IMG/VR virus record: IMGVR_UViG_3300028805_000098
Location: 1-64,000 of that record
Origin: an uncultured virus (IMG/VR IMGVR_UViG_3300028805_000098)
Taxonomy: Duplodnaviria; Heunggongvirae; Uroviricota; Caudoviricetes
Strand: one strand, 5' to 3'
DNA length: 64,000 nucleotides
In this document: piece after piece, positions 17,895-29,076 of the stretch
Layout: every line of letters begins with the position of its first letter
Position numbering within the stretch: the stretch's first letter is position 1
Made by a program: the position numbers and the translations under genes
Notes under the pieces: generated by a model
What the model saw: only the letters and a program-made list of their open reading frames with translations
The model's database searches: none
What the model was told of the DNA's origin: nothing

Positions 17895-18586
17895 TGTATA
17901 TGGCTTCTTCCAACGAATATCGTGAAAGAAAACGAAAAGTCAAGCAGTTTATGGAATTGAATCAGGGGTTGAAGTTGATTTACAAACAATGGTTTATATT
18001 GGATACCGGTCACATAGTCGGTATTCCGGTATCTGATGCGGATAAGAAAGTCAAGATAAAATACATCCACGGCTATTATAAAACTGCAATCCTTAACACA
18101 TTTCCCGAACTTAAAAACACTATCATGTCTTCACAATCAACATTCGAAGCGAGCAGAGATTTGAAGCATTACGATGAAATTGTCATCGAAGATAATATCG
18201 TCAGGGTTAAAAGTATCGATGAAGAGCCCAAGGATATCGGACGAGTTGCAAATGAATCCGATATAGTATCGGCGAAAAAGATGATGTCTATAGCGTCTTC
18301 CGATGTATTGACAGTATTGAAAGATGACGGACTTGAACGGTACGAATTCAGCGATTCTCAAATAGAACAACTCATAGATTATCAGCTGATAAAGCCGTGT
18401 TTTTTCGATGACGAATCTTATCAAATGTATCTCACAATTAGCGAGTTCCCGTTGTTAAAGAAATTCAAGAATCTTCGAGCATATACGAATCATTATTCTT
18501 CCGATGGAATCTGGTTCGATGTCGTGTTTGAAACATATCAGGGGAACGAATCTCATTTCTTGAAAAGAAGATTTTTGCGAATGTGA
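17891..18586 (+). CDS. Hypothetical protein, coupled to the polymerase gene
   Basis: Overlapping start/stop; 231 aa. Confidence 0.7.
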   Translation: MMYMASSNEYRERKRKVKQFMELNQGLKLIYKQWFILDTGHIVGIPVSDADKKVKIKYIHGYYKTAILNTFPELKNTIMSSQSTFEASRDLKHYDEIVIEDNIVRVKSIDEEPKDIGRVANESDIVSAKKMMSIASSDVLTVLKDDGLERYEFSDSQIEQLIDYQLIKPCFFDDESYQMYLTISEFPLLKKFKNLRAYTNHYSSDGIWFDVVFETYQGNESHFLKRRFLRM

Positions 18587-18767
18587 TACAATACAAAGTG
18601 ATAATGCGTTGTAATATCGTCATATAAGACATTAAGCATAAGACGAAAACCTGCGACATCTTTTAGTAAACAAAACGCATTAGAGGCAGGATTGACGATA
18701 CCTGCCTCTTGTAACCGCTTTTCTACGCTTGAGACAGTTTACTAAAACCAGTAAAGGAGGGCTAATT

Positions 18768-21143
18768 GTGGCTAAACCGAGTGGTGGAATGAGTGAATCT
18801 GACGCTCAAGAACTTAAGACAATCAGTCAACGGTTTGCTGACTATTTCTCCGACATTTCAAGATCCACTGTTGGTTACTCACAAACTAATTCAACTGAAC
18901 TTGATGCAAAACGCCAGAAGTTGAATAAAGTAATTAACCAGCAGTATGACGAAATGACTTCGTTCTCCGGACCAGACTTTTCGAAGTTCATAAATGATGC
19001 TTTAAAAGATCCATCCGGAAACGAAACTAATCTCGAGAAAATCATCAACGAAGATGCCACTACATTCAGCACATTCTTCTACGAAAGATACAAGAATATC
19101 AATAACAAATACGAAGACTTGCGAATGGTAACGGAACAGTTGTGTGAATTAGCTACGGCGGTTACTACATTGAGAGACAACGTTACTGCATCTGATGGTA
19201 TACTTGCCGATGTTTCTAAAACTATTGCTATAGAAGGAATTTCTGAAGACCGACGTGAAGAGTTAAATGAAATAATTCGAGATATGGAGCAACAATATAA
19301 TCTTGATGCAAAAATGCACGATACAATCATTCCAAATGTGTTAACTTATGGAGATTTCTTCGTATTTCATCAACCATACAATCGAATCTTTTCAAAATTT
19401 GAGTTGATGAGAAAATCGAATCCGATGTTGTATAAAGAAAGTTACACTGGTGCAACTTACGAATCAATCAGTAGACTTGCGGTAGTTAAAGAGACTACAG
19501 TAAACGGGAAACCAACTCAAAGAATTGAAGTAGAGGGAATTGACAAAGATGTTGATATAATATACGAAGCATTCGACGCAGCAATTCCATTAACTAATCA
19601 GCAAGATAGACGACAGATAACCAGAGCGAACATTAAACAATATCTTCTCGATAAATATGCTAATATCGAAGTAATAAACGATGGTGGAATGCCTCTGATG
19701 GAAGATGTGGAAATCTCATCATTAAGCGACCCAAATATCTTGAAGATGTTGGCGGCGCATAAACGCAAAGAATCGAAAGAGAAAAAAGAACAAACATTCC
19801 GAGATATGAAGGACATCGGTACTCCTGATAGCGTTGTTAATACTGCAGATATAAGTCAGGATGACGCTGTGTTGCCTGAATACAAAGATGTTTCAGGAAT
19901 CTATATGAAACTCATGTCTCCATTGCGAACTGTTCCTGTATACATTCTTGATGAATGTATCGGGTATTACTTGCTGTATGAAACATATGGCACAATACGC
20001 AATAATATGCTTCAGAATAACCAACTTAACAGAACGAGTTTGGTTTTCCAACATGTGCGGAATAAAGACGCTGCAACTTCTATCGTAGATGTTATTGCAA
20101 TGCGCATTATACAGAAAATTGATAATAAGTACGTCAAGAATAATCCGAAGTTCCGAGAACTTATGGTAAATGCGTTAATGTATGAAGACCTGTACCGTAG
20201 AGACTTCAAAGTTCAATTCGTCTCAGCAGAATACATGACCCATTTCAAAGTAAACGAAGATGTTGAAACTCATCTCGGGGTATCGATGCTTAGACGTTCT
20301 TTATTCTATGCGAAACTCTATATGACTACGCTCATATTCAAAGTTGTCAGCACAGTAACTCGTTCAAATGATACTCGTGTATTTTATGTGAAACAGTCGG
20401 GTATAGACCGAGATGTTCAAGCTCAAGTTCAGAGAGCAGCACGAGAATACAAAGAAAATCAAATTTCGTTTAATGATGTTGCATCTGTTAATACTCTTAT
20501 GAGCAAAGCAGGTCATGCGAAAGACATGTTTGTAGCCACAGGTAAATCTGGAGAACGCCCACTTGAAATAGATATTGTATCTGGGCAACAAATCGATTTA
20601 AACACAGATTTCATCGAATTCTTACGCAAAAACATGATAAATGGAACCGATGTCCCCGCAGTTATTTTGGAATATAATGACTCTGCAGACTTTGCACGTT
20701 CTATTGATATGGGTCACATCAAATATGCCAGCAAGATTTGCTCAGTTCAGCGCGAACTTAGTAATCCTTGCACAGCATTCTATCGCGCATTAATTCACTT
20801 TGAACATCCTGAAGTTACCGAAGATGAACTGATGGCAATCACTTACAGATTCAACAGACCTAAATCTCTCGCAATTCAGAACGATGCAGATGTGTATAGT
20901 AATGCGGAACAAGCCGCAGCTTTTATGGTCAAGATAATCTGTGGAGAAAATACCGAGAAATACACGGATGAAGTCAAAGATAAAATGACTAATTATCTGA
21001 TTGCTAATGTAATTCTCCCTGGAATGTATGATTGGGATGATTTGCAGAAAGTCGCAGATAATTTCATTACCAAAATTGGTCAAGATAAGAAGCAAGCTAA
21101 ACTTGCTACAAATGGAGAAAACGATAACAACAATCCGTATTAA
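18768..21143 (+). CDS. Portal protein
   Basis: RSNDTRVFYVK and DMFVATGKSGERPLEIDIVSG resemble T4 gp20-type portal motifs; GTG start after AAGGAGG; late promoter at 18733-18744. Confidence 0.7.
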   Translation: MAKPSGGMSESDAQELKTISQRFADYFSDISRSTVGYSQTNSTELDAKRQKLNKVINQQYDEMTSFSGPDFSKFINDALKDPSGNETNLEKIINEDATTFSTFFYERYKNINNKYEDLRMVTEQLCELATAVTTLRDNVTASDGILADVSKTIAIEGISEDRREELNEIIRDMEQQYNLDAKMHDTIIPNVLTYGDFFVFHQPYNRIFSKFELMRKSNPMLYKESYTGATYESISRLAVVKETTVNGKPTQRIEVEGIDKDVDIIYEAFDAAIPLTNQQDRRQITRANIKQYLLDKYANIEVINDGGMPLMEDVEISSLSDPNILKMLAAHKRKESKEKKEQTFRDMKDIGTPDSVVNTADISQDDAVLPEYKDVSGIYMKLMSPLRTVPVYILDECIGYYLLYETYGTIRNNMLQNNQLNRTSLVFQHVRNKDAATSIVDVIAMRIIQKIDNKYVKNNPKFRELMVNALMYEDLYRRDFKVQFVSAEYMTHFKVNEDVETHLGVSMLRRSLFYAKLYMTTLIFKVVSTVTRSNDTRVFYVKQSGIDRDVQAQVQRAAREYKENQISFNDVASVNTLMSKAGHAKDMFVATGKSGERPLEIDIVSGQQIDLNTDFIEFLRKNMINGTDVPAVILEYNDSADFARSIDMGHIKYASKICSVQRELSNPCTAFYRALIHFEHPEVTEDELMAITYRFNRPKSLAIQNDADVYSNAEQAAAFMVKIICGENTEKYTDEVKDKMTNYLIANVILPGMYDWDDLQKVADNFITKIGQDKKQAKLATNGENDNNNPY

Positions 21144-21209
21144 AAGCGGTCAAATGGGTATACCCGAGCTGGGTATACCCTTGTAATAACGTTTTTATTT
21201 CCGGTACGA

Positions 21210-22088
21210 TTAATTTTTTTCTGCACCACTGGTGTATTCGTAGGTTTCCCAACCACGAGTAACAGATTGGTTATAATCGTTCATTGCGTCGAGATCCGAA
21301 GCCAAGTAACCAGACTGGAAGTTCAGATAATCTCTCAAGATTCTGTACTTCTGAAGCAATCTGTGGGCGATCTCGTTGATTTGCGGAGATTCGTAACGGT
21401 TCGCCGTGAACGGAATGTCGATTTGTACAACCGGATGAGTCCCGGACTCATAATTGAAGTGATCTTTCTTGACTTCAGTCGGGAACATGTTAGCGAACAG
21501 ACACGCGTATTCAATAGCATCGTCGCGACCTGTCGGGTCGGTAGATACGTAGAACATTTCCATTGTATGGTTGCGTGCACTGAAGTGACATGTGTCAGAA
21601 ATCCACCCATGATAATGAGCCAGACCGGTAAGCGGGTCAGAAATACCTGTGACCCAAGTATCAATGAACTCACGAACAGGTGAACCGGTAAGTTCATATA
21701 TCTTAATTGTAACGGTATCGGTTTCGTCCTTAACGACGCCAGGAACTTTGAATTTGTTACCTGCGTAACCACCGGTAACTTCCTCAGTGTCCATCGTCGT
21801 ATTGGCGATGCCGTCAATGCCGATGAAACCCATTTCGACGTAGTGTTTGAAACGCATTGCAAATTCTTTGTCTTTATCCGTCATAAACTTAGGGAGCTGT
21901 GTGATGAATATACGGACATAGTTTGTTCTAAGCGGGTCAAGCATGTCGATATTTTTATGAGTGACATCCAAACCACCCATAAACATGGAATATGATTTGA
22001 AGTCACGACGATTTCGCTTGAGATTCAGCATGATAGTCTTATCACCAGGCGTCGTCTCATTGTAGCTAATGGTATAATCAGTAGCCAT
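21210..22088 (-). CDS. Tail tube protein
   Basis: Directly downstream of the sheath gene; DTW...DPLTG and NMFP tube-like motifs. Confidence 0.65.
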   Translation of the reverse strand: MATDYTISYNETTPGDKTIMLNLKRNRRDFKSYSMFMGGLDVTHKNIDMLDPLRTNYVRIFITQLPKFMTDKDKEFAMRFKHYVEMGFIGIDGIANTTMDTEEVTGGYAGNKFKVPGVVKDETDTVTIKIYELTGSPVREFIDTWVTGISDPLTGLAHYHGWISDTCHFSARNHTMEMFYVSTDPTGRDDAIEYACLFANMFPTEVKKDHFNYESGTHPVVQIDIPFTANRYESPQINEIAHRLLQKYRILRDYLNFQSGYLASDLDAMNDYNQSVTRGWETYEYTSGAEKN

Positions 22089-22123
22089 GACTTAATTCCT
22101 CCCTTCTCAGATTATAATCGCGT

Positions 22124-24001
22124 TTAAGCACGCGGATTGATATTAATCTCAATGATGCTACGTTTAATAAGCGTATTGAAGATAATCGAGCACGTACAAT
22201 GGAGAATCGAACGCAATTCTTCATATCTCGTCATGGAGAAAGTAATATTAATGTCGCGCAAATATGTGCCCTTCCAAGTACTGAAGAGTTCTTGCGCGTC
22301 TTCAGTATACAGCTTACGGTCAGAAGCTTCGCCAAAGTGGTAACGTTTCTGAGCACAGAGACGTTCAAGACGACGCTTGACTTGAAGCATGACATGGACA
22401 TTATTTTCTTCAGAGAGGTCAGAGAGTTCTCTCTGGCTAGTTTGCTGTGTGCCACGGACGTATACATCTTCTGCAATGCATTCAATGTAATTCCAACGAG
22501 CTTTATAGAACTCTTCTTTAGTCTCGTGATCATCAGCATCAATTTCAGGATAGACGGAATTTTTGGTATAGCCAGACAACGTCGCATAATCTTCTGCTGC
22601 CATAGCGGTATACAAACCATTCTGTCTCCAGTGCATCGGAATCTTATATGCCAGCCACATAGTGACAGTGACAGGAATCTTCTTTCCGCTAACTGCATCG
22701 CGAGTGGTAAACATACCGGCATTCTTTGAGATGTAATAGGTATCGATATCGACCAGTTGATTCATGAAGGATTTAACCTGGTTAACCGTGGTTAAAAGAC
22801 CACAATCGACATAACCCATCATATCGCCACGTTTGAGTACCAAAGCGATGAGTGATTTCTTGACGGAAAGAGGATAGTTAGCATCCAAGCAGACGTTACA
22901 AGGAGAACGAAGTTTGGAGAACACACGCGGGTCAATACCGCCGCTAAATGCGTCGTTGTAGAGCTGTTCCATCATTTTCTCTTTTTCAGACGGGTCTGCA
23001 GAATCGGAGAATGAACCGTCATCGCCAGCAGACATTTTAATGCCAGTGACGCTAAAGAGAGCAACTGAGGAAATACCATTGACCACTTCAATGTGCGGGT
23101 TAATTCCGTCATCGCGAGTTTTATCATAACCAAAAATGTCGAATGATTCAACCGTCAATTCAGTATCCGGATCAACGTTTTCTTTGTAGTAGTTGAAGAG
23201 ATACTTGTGATAATCGGGCATAAATTCGACAGCAATACGCCGCGAACCATCACCTTCATAGTCGTTAACAACTTCGCTAATGTAAGACGTAACGTTGGTT
23301 TTCGGGTCGATAGCATCTTCTGTCAAAGCAAGTGCCGGGAAAGTTTCTTTCTGAACGGTACCAACTTCGGTAGAGATAAGAGCGAGCGTATAATTTTTAT
23401 AACCATTTTCTCTATCAGAACTAGTGTCATGAGAGAGACGAACACGATAGTATTTGCCATATTCACCACGACCAAGCATACGGAAGCCAATATAAGGCAA
23501 ACACATTTGCTCAGTATCGGGATCGGGTGTCAAATTCTTAAGTGTTTCCATATAAACGGGGAGCAAAGCAGCGTCACTAAGTCCTTCTTGTGCAAAGGGT
23601 TTAAATTCGACCTGAAGTTTCTTCGGGTCGTCTTCTGTTCCTTCACCAATGACTTTGAAATACACCGCATAAATAACGTTGGCATACGTCGCATCCGTAG
23701 GCATAACACGCATTTCCCAGCACATCGCATTACCAGAAGAAAGCGCGGTATAAGGGATGTAACCAGCCTGACCATATCTCTTATAGTCAGGATAGCCATA
23801 TTCTTCGACGTGAGCATACAAACTCCGCTTCTTCAGCAACTTATTGTCGTATCCTTTAGAAGATGCGAAAATAGTCAAAAGAGTAACCGATTCGGTATTT
23901 ATGGACTCAGTGTCTTGGACCACAGTGTTATCAAAGATAAACGTAGTTTCCGACGGATGTTGCCAATCAGGAATCAGTTGCCCAATAGGTGTTGCAGCCA
24001 T
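22124..24001 (-). CDS. Contractile tail sheath protein
   Basis: YGYPDYKRYGQ N-terminus; C-terminal sheath-like segment (TQQTSQ...LSEENNVHVMLQVKR). Confidence 0.75.
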   Translation of the reverse strand: MAATPIGQLIPDWQHPSETTFIFDNTVVQDTESINTESVTLLTIFASSKGYDNKLLKKRSLYAHVEEYGYPDYKRYGQAGYIPYTALSSGNAMCWEMRVMPTDATYANVIYAVYFKVIGEGTEDDPKKLQVEFKPFAQEGLSDAALLPVYMETLKNLTPDPDTEQMCLPYIGFRMLGRGEYGKYYRVRLSHDTSSDRENGYKNYTLALISTEVGTVQKETFPALALTEDAIDPKTNVTSYISEVVNDYEGDGSRRIAVEFMPDYHKYLFNYYKENVDPDTELTVESFDIFGYDKTRDDGINPHIEVVNGISSVALFSVTGIKMSAGDDGSFSDSADPSEKEKMMEQLYNDAFSGGIDPRVFSKLRSPCNVCLDANYPLSVKKSLIALVLKRGDMMGYVDCGLLTTVNQVKSFMNQLVDIDTYYISKNAGMFTTRDAVSGKKIPVTVTMWLAYKIPMHWRQNGLYTAMAAEDYATLSGYTKNSVYPEIDADDHETKEEFYKARWNYIECIAEDVYVRGTQQTSQRELSDLSEENNVHVMLQVKRRLERLCAQKRYHFGEASDRKLYTEDAQELFSTWKGTYLRDINITFSMTRYEELRSILHCTCSIIFNTLIKRSIIEININPRA

Positions 24002-24060
24002 GGTTTTTTCCTCCTTTGGTTTATTTTACACTAATGTTTTAACAAAAGAGGCGTCTGCGC

Positions 24061-24807
24061 TCAATACTTGATTATGGGCTCTATTGGAGAATCAGTTTGT
24101 TTGCGTCCACTCTTGCTGATGTTTAATCCGTTAGTGACCATAGTATCGAAATCTTCAAACGTAAATCCGGAGAAAGTTGATGAATATTTTGTAAGGGTTC
24201 TTGCAGATGCTGGTGTATAATCATACATCGAAATTTTCGGATTCTTTCCGGCTTTAATGCCGAATCTGAATGCCGGATTCTTTTTATCTCGATATTTCTC
24301 AGCAAGAATCATTTCGCGTGAAGATGACGGAACATCAGACATTGTGACACCGTTGAGTTTCATATTAGCTGTCCAAATTCCAAAGAGCTTATCATAGGGA
24401 ATAGTTCTTGGAATTTTCCCACCCTCAATCAGATTCATGAATCCTTCGACAGCTTTCGATTTCTGTATGATATATTTATCAGTGAACGGTTCACCTTTTA
24501 AAAATTTCATCACGTGATATTTCTGCACTCCAACTTCTTTAATCAGTTCTATATCTCTAATTTCAGACGAACTCGGATAAAGATTGATGTTTGTCGGGAG
24601 ATTTAATGTCTCAAGTTTCCCGATACGTTTAGTTGCATCAGAATCACTAAAGAATTCCACGTTGAACAATCCCAATGCTTCGAAATGTTCTCCGCCATAA
24701 TCCTGAGCAATATCCATTTCAAAATAATCCATAGGTATGTAAGCTAACATAGATGCAGCACCAAAGAGGATTATCTTTTCCCCTTCTGTTTTGAAAAATG
24801 AAGCCAT
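24061..24807 (-). CDS. Split RNA polymerase beta-prime C-terminal fragment (probable)
   Basis: LNGVTMSDVPSSSREMILAEKYR and STFSGFTFEDFDTMV resemble beta-prime GVKINDKHIEVIVRQMLR and SFISAASFQETTRVL. Confidence 0.55.
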   Translation of the reverse strand: MASFFKTEGEKIILFGAASMLAYIPMDYFEMDIAQDYGGEHFEALGLFNVEFFSDSDATKRIGKLETLNLPTNINLYPSSSEIRDIELIKEVGVQKYHVMKFLKGEPFTDKYIIQKSKAVEGFMNLIEGGKIPRTIPYDKLFGIWTANMKLNGVTMSDVPSSSREMILAEKYRDKKNPAFRFGIKAGKNPKISMYDYTPASARTLTKYSSTFSGFTFEDFDTMVTNGLNISKSGRKQTDSPIEPIIKY

Positions 24808-24880
24808 TTGTAAATATCTCCTTTCTAAAAGCGTTATTAAAGGTAAGGAATGTAATCAAGCATATCCTTACCTCGTTGTC

Positions 24881-26026
24881 TCAATGGTCAATCACTAAAT
24901 CCATAACTTCTTGAAGATTTTTAACGAATTCTTTAGAACTTTCCGGGCGTTCAGATTCGTCTCTGAATAAGAATCCGAGTTGCGTAACGACTTCTCCAAT
25001 AGTTATCATCCAAAACTTATCGAATTTCCCACAATTTGCTTTAATGAATCTGAAGATGATAAACATGAAAAGGTTATTGAATTTTTCACCGTATTTGTCG
25101 GGGAATAAACGTTTCTCCAAATCGTAGAACTTTATGAGCGAAAGGTGATAATTGTATTTAGAGAATTTGCTGGCTAATACCGCCGTAGCTTTACGCGCAG
25201 TTTCGACAAAATTATTGCGGTAACCGTAACGTAATGAATCTGCGTTTCCTTTGCGAGAAATTAATTCGCGGATTTCTTTCTTAAGAAATTCAAGATCAAT
25301 TCCGCGATTATCCGCGTCCAAAATTTTCTGGAGCTGTTCACGCAGTTGGTCACTGATGTCATCACGTTTAAGCGACTCTTTAATCCAATCGCGATAGTAA
25401 TCGGCGAACGCGGAATATTGTTTGATTCTGGCAGATTCGGCTTCACCAATTGCTTCATCAAGTTCTTTATAGAGTTTATTGAGAGTCTCTTTAGATTCTT
25501 TTTCGATTATCTCAAACTTAGCAGTCTCTTCCTTAATGGATTTGAGATAAATCAAATAATCTCGATGCATCTCACGAACTTTTTTAATTTCTGTATCAGG
25601 ATCATTGGTAAAATGAATCATTCCGCCGTCTTCAAAAGTATAGATGGATTTGACCTTTTCCCAGTCCGCATCTTTTTCCATATCGAGATTGATCAAAGCG
25701 TCTTTATCAAGTGCGACCGCTCTGGCTTCAAGAAGACTGATCCTGTCATCCGGTATCATGCTCTTAACTTGTTCAATAGCATGTTCTTTGACTGCAGAAA
25801 TTTCGTTGAGCTTGTTCTTGATTTGCATAATATCGTGAATCGCAACGAATTTTTTGTCCGAAGTCATCAGATCATATACTTCTTGCTGTTCTGGTGTAAG
25901 ATGTATTTCTGACTGTAACGAATTGGAAATGGTCGTTTCGGGAACATCTTCTTTAGAGGTTTCAGTTACGACGACGGGTTCATCTTCAGTAGTTTTGACC
26001 TCTTCATCAATCTGATTGTCCATCAA
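24881..26026 (-). CDS. Hypothetical protein
   Basis: 381-aa ORF coupled to the upstream gene. Confidence 0.75.
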   Translation of the reverse strand: MMDNQIDEEVKTTEDEPVVVTETSKEDVPETTISNSLQSEIHLTPEQQEVYDLMTSDKKFVAIHDIMQIKNKLNEISAVKEHAIEQVKSMIPDDRISLLEARAVALDKDALINLDMEKDADWEKVKSIYTFEDGGMIHFTNDPDTEIKKVREMHRDYLIYLKSIKEETAKFEIIEKESKETLNKLYKELDEAIGEAESARIKQYSAFADYYRDWIKESLKRDDISDQLREQLQKILDADNRGIDLEFLKKEIRELISRKGNADSLRYGYRNNFVETARKATAVLASKFSKYNYHLSLIKFYDLEKRLFPDKYGEKFNNLFMFIIFRFIKANCGKFDKFWMITIGEVVTQLGFLFRDESERPESSKEFVKNLQEVMDLVIDH

Positions 26027-26793
26027 CCTTTCCTCCTTTTATGTGCTGCCTTAACAATCCCGTTTTCAATCTTCGAAACTATCTCATCGTATATCGTATC
26101 TTGATATGAGAATAAAGGCGCAAAATATAACTCCTGAAAATTGCCGCTAATGATAGCATTATCCAGTAAGTATTGAATCATTGCATTATTGAATAACTCC
26201 AAGTCGATATATTGAATCATTTCATCCATGGAGTTATTAATCGATTTAACATATCGCAATACATTTTGAATATTAGCCAAGAACATTGAAAGATTCTCGT
26301 CTTCTAACTTAGTTCTTGTTTCTACGGTTACAACGTCTTTCTTGCTCTTCAAATATTCCAGAGATTCAGCTATTTGGTCTTCGTGCTCCAAAATATAGTT
26401 GAGCATCATATTCTTGATATTCTTTTTTCGTTTAAGGACGAAAAAGCTATACATTGCTGAGCAAATGTCATCAATCAAGTCAACTCTTTTATCCGCTATT
26501 GTATCGAGATCACAATCCAAATGAAACTTATCGCTTATCAATTCAATTACGTCTATATAGAACTTGATTCGTTCTTCGTTGACTCGCTTCATGACATCAT
26601 CACTATAATCGTCTTCTTCAAGAGCTTCTTCACATTGTTCGTTAAACGCTTCAACAAAGTCATTGCTGGATTCAAACGGATTTTCTATTTGCATTCGAAT
26701 ATCTTCTTGAATCAGCGATGTGTGAAGATCCTGTATCTGAGGAATCAGAACCAATTCAGAATCCAAATCCTCAGTATCATACATAGACGACAT
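26023..26793 (-). CDS. Hypothetical protein
   Basis: 256-aa ORF with RBS AAAGGAG. Confidence 0.75.
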   Translation of the reverse strand: MSSMYDTEDLDSELVLIPQIQDLHTSLIQEDIRMQIENPFESSNDFVEAFNEQCEEALEEDDYSDDVMKRVNEERIKFYIDVIELISDKFHLDCDLDTIADKRVDLIDDICSAMYSFFVLKRKKNIKNMMLNYILEHEDQIAESLEYLKSKKDVVTVETRTKLEDENLSMFLANIQNVLRYVKSINNSMDEMIQYIDLELFNNAMIQYLLDNAIISGNFQELYFAPLFSYQDTIYDEIVSKIENGIVKAAHKRRKG

Positions 26794-26883
26794 AGATGCG
26801 CAACTCCTTTCTTCGTAATTTAGATTGATGTGAAAAAACGGCTAAAAAGTTAGCGAAAATCATCAGATTCGCTAACTTTATAA

Positions 26884-29076
26884 TCAGTGATTTAAATCAT
26901 CGAGCCATGTTAAATCTTGACGTTCAAACTGGATTCCGGTATCCGGATCTGTGTCATAATCAATATTTCTACTGACAGCACCAGAATCGTTTTTCGTTAC
27001 CATCATTTGAGAACGCTGCCTCATAAACAATCTGCGCAGCTCGTTATCATATTCTTCAGAAGTTTGCATATCTTTAACTCCGGAGAAATATTCGCGAACA
27101 TCTTCTGGAAGTTCATCGAAATATTCTTGACGAGTTTTAGGTCTTTCCGGTTCAGGTGCTACATCTCCTCTGGTAAATCCATAACGGTCAAGATTAGAAC
27201 CGAATGTCAATGTGTATAAGCAAATGAGATAACTCATAATTGAGTCATCATGTGCTCCATTGACAGCTTGAATTTTCCCTGAAGGCATTCTGACCAACGA
27301 GTTTAAATCTGCGATGATATTTCTAGTAACGAAATCTGTTTTGTATTCTTTGACGCGTTCAAATAAGAGATTTATCATTGTTTCTCTAGTTTTCGGATTT
27401 GTATTTAATCCAAACGTTCTGGCGTTTTTCGCTTCAAGTATCGCAAACCCTTTAGCATCCATTTTCTGAGTAGCTTCGGGAATGAAATACTTATTATTAT
27501 CGAAATACAGATTTGGACTAATCGGTGTCAACCGAAGATCGTCAATAACCGAACTTCCCATATTGTTATTCTCGATTACCAATATAGACTTCGGAATATA
27601 AGTCATTATCAGAGAAATCAAGAATGATTTAAGTTTGCTGGTAGTAGTTATGTTAGACTTGAATTCTGCTACGGGCCTGATGGAATATGGATCTAATACA
27701 GTAATTGCAGAATTATCTCCATAACGTCCAGCAGCAACGTCGACACCAACTATATACGGAATGTTCTTATTGAGAGATTCGTATACATAAAGTGGATAGA
27801 CTTCTTGTATGTAGATTTCCTCAATGGGTTCTCTTTGATGATTACCAATTTCTTCCAAATCTTCTGGTTCAAATGGAGAAAGCGACGAACCTCTGATACG
27901 TTTAAGAAGAATTTCTCTACGTATCTTCGTCTTATTATTAGATACCTTAGCACAAGTCTCAATGAACCATTTTTCATCTTTACCGAGTTGCTTATAGCTA
28001 AACTCAATGTAAACAATATTAACTGGCGAATTTATTGAGATGACTTCTTTGACTTCTTTGACATCTCTGTCATAGAAACCTTCTGAAAATCGAATCATTT
28101 GTCTTCGTAGATCGTTTGTACTAATGACCGGTTGAGAGTCAAGGTTTCCAGGCGTACTCAGCATGATGCGACAATGTGGAGCTCCATTTGCCTCAGCATT
28201 ACGTGCAGCGGTTCCATATGCTGGCCCGGCACTGTCAAGAATTACGCCGATGTGTTTAGTAAACTCAACCTCATCGAACATTTGTATGGCTTGTGTGAGA
28301 CCGCGACCGCAACGGTCAGCGGCATCTTCACTTGCTCCGCCAGTAGCAGTAGTTATTCTATTACCATTGTTTGGGTTCATTAGATACGTCAAGTTATCGC
28401 CTTTAGCAGTCTTCTTCTCTCCATCTTCATTCAGCACAATTTTGCATTGCATATATAAAGGCAATAAATCCCTCAAATCTTTAAGTTTCTTTAGATTCTC
28501 TTTACTACCCGGGCTATCCTTACAAAGTAACATCATCTTAGTATTAGATGAGAAGATGTAGGTCCAAAGTATTTCTTCTAAAGAACCTATAGTCTTACCT
28601 ATCTGACGAGGAAGAACTTGATAATGGTCTATGTTATTGATGAAACACCAAGTGGAAGCAAGATTCCCGCGATTAAGTTGATATCGCATTCCTGCTCCGG
28701 GACCGACAGCACCACCCTCGACGGGAACCCTTGCAACAACTCGCAAGAAATACCAGATGTTCCGTTTACATTCCACAAGGACTCTCTTAACTTCATTTGG
28801 TGTTAAAGCGGGAGAATAAGGGTCAACGTTCAAAAGATTCGCATCGTACAGTTTAAGCATAAACTGGTAGTTGCGAATTCCAAGTACCGACAAATCTTTT
28901 GCGGTGCGAAGAAACGAGAGATTGTCGGTGAATGAGTCTATAATATACAACATACGTGTCGATTTCTCTACGTACTGTTTATACTTATGACAATTGACCG
29001 TTACAATCCCTCTATACACATCCCCATTAGTGAGAATGTTAGTGTAAAATTTTCGCCCATGTTCTTCAGTATTCAT
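26884..29076 (-). CDS. terL: Terminase large subunit
   Basis: LPRQIGKT Walker A, MFDEVEF Walker B, STPG, VGVDVAAGRYGDNS nuclease motif, GAHDDSIMS. Confidence 0.92.
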   Translation of the reverse strand: MNTEEHGRKFYTNILTNGDVYRGIVTVNCHKYKQYVEKSTRMLYIIDSFTDNLSFLRTAKDLSVLGIRNYQFMLKLYDANLLNVDPYSPALTPNEVKRVLVECKRNIWYFLRVVARVPVEGGAVGPGAGMRYQLNRGNLASTWCFINNIDHYQVLPRQIGKTIGSLEEILWTYIFSSNTKMMLLCKDSPGSKENLKKLKDLRDLLPLYMQCKIVLNEDGEKKTAKGDNLTYLMNPNNGNRITTATGGASEDAADRCGRGLTQAIQMFDEVEFTKHIGVILDSAGPAYGTAARNAEANGAPHCRIMLSTPGNLDSQPVISTNDLRRQMIRFSEGFYDRDVKEVKEVISINSPVNIVYIEFSYKQLGKDEKWFIETCAKVSNNKTKIRREILLKRIRGSSLSPFEPEDLEEIGNHQREPIEEIYIQEVYPLYVYESLNKNIPYIVGVDVAAGRYGDNSAITVLDPYSIRPVAEFKSNITTTSKLKSFLISLIMTYIPKSILVIENNNMGSSVIDDLRLTPISPNLYFDNNKYFIPEATQKMDAKGFAILEAKNARTFGLNTNPKTRETMINLLFERVKEYKTDFVTRNIIADLNSLVRMPSGKIQAVNGAHDDSIMSYLICLYTLTFGSNLDRYGFTRGDVAPEPERPKTRQEYFDELPEDVREYFSGVKDMQTSEEYDNELRRLFMRQRSQMMVTKNDSGAVSRNIDYDTDPDTGIQFERQDLTWLDDLNH

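Noticed and set aside
26884..29076. Introns or inteins in terminase, RNAP, polymerase or NrdD
   Set aside because: Reading frames are continuous, with no intein termini or homing-endonuclease inserts seen.
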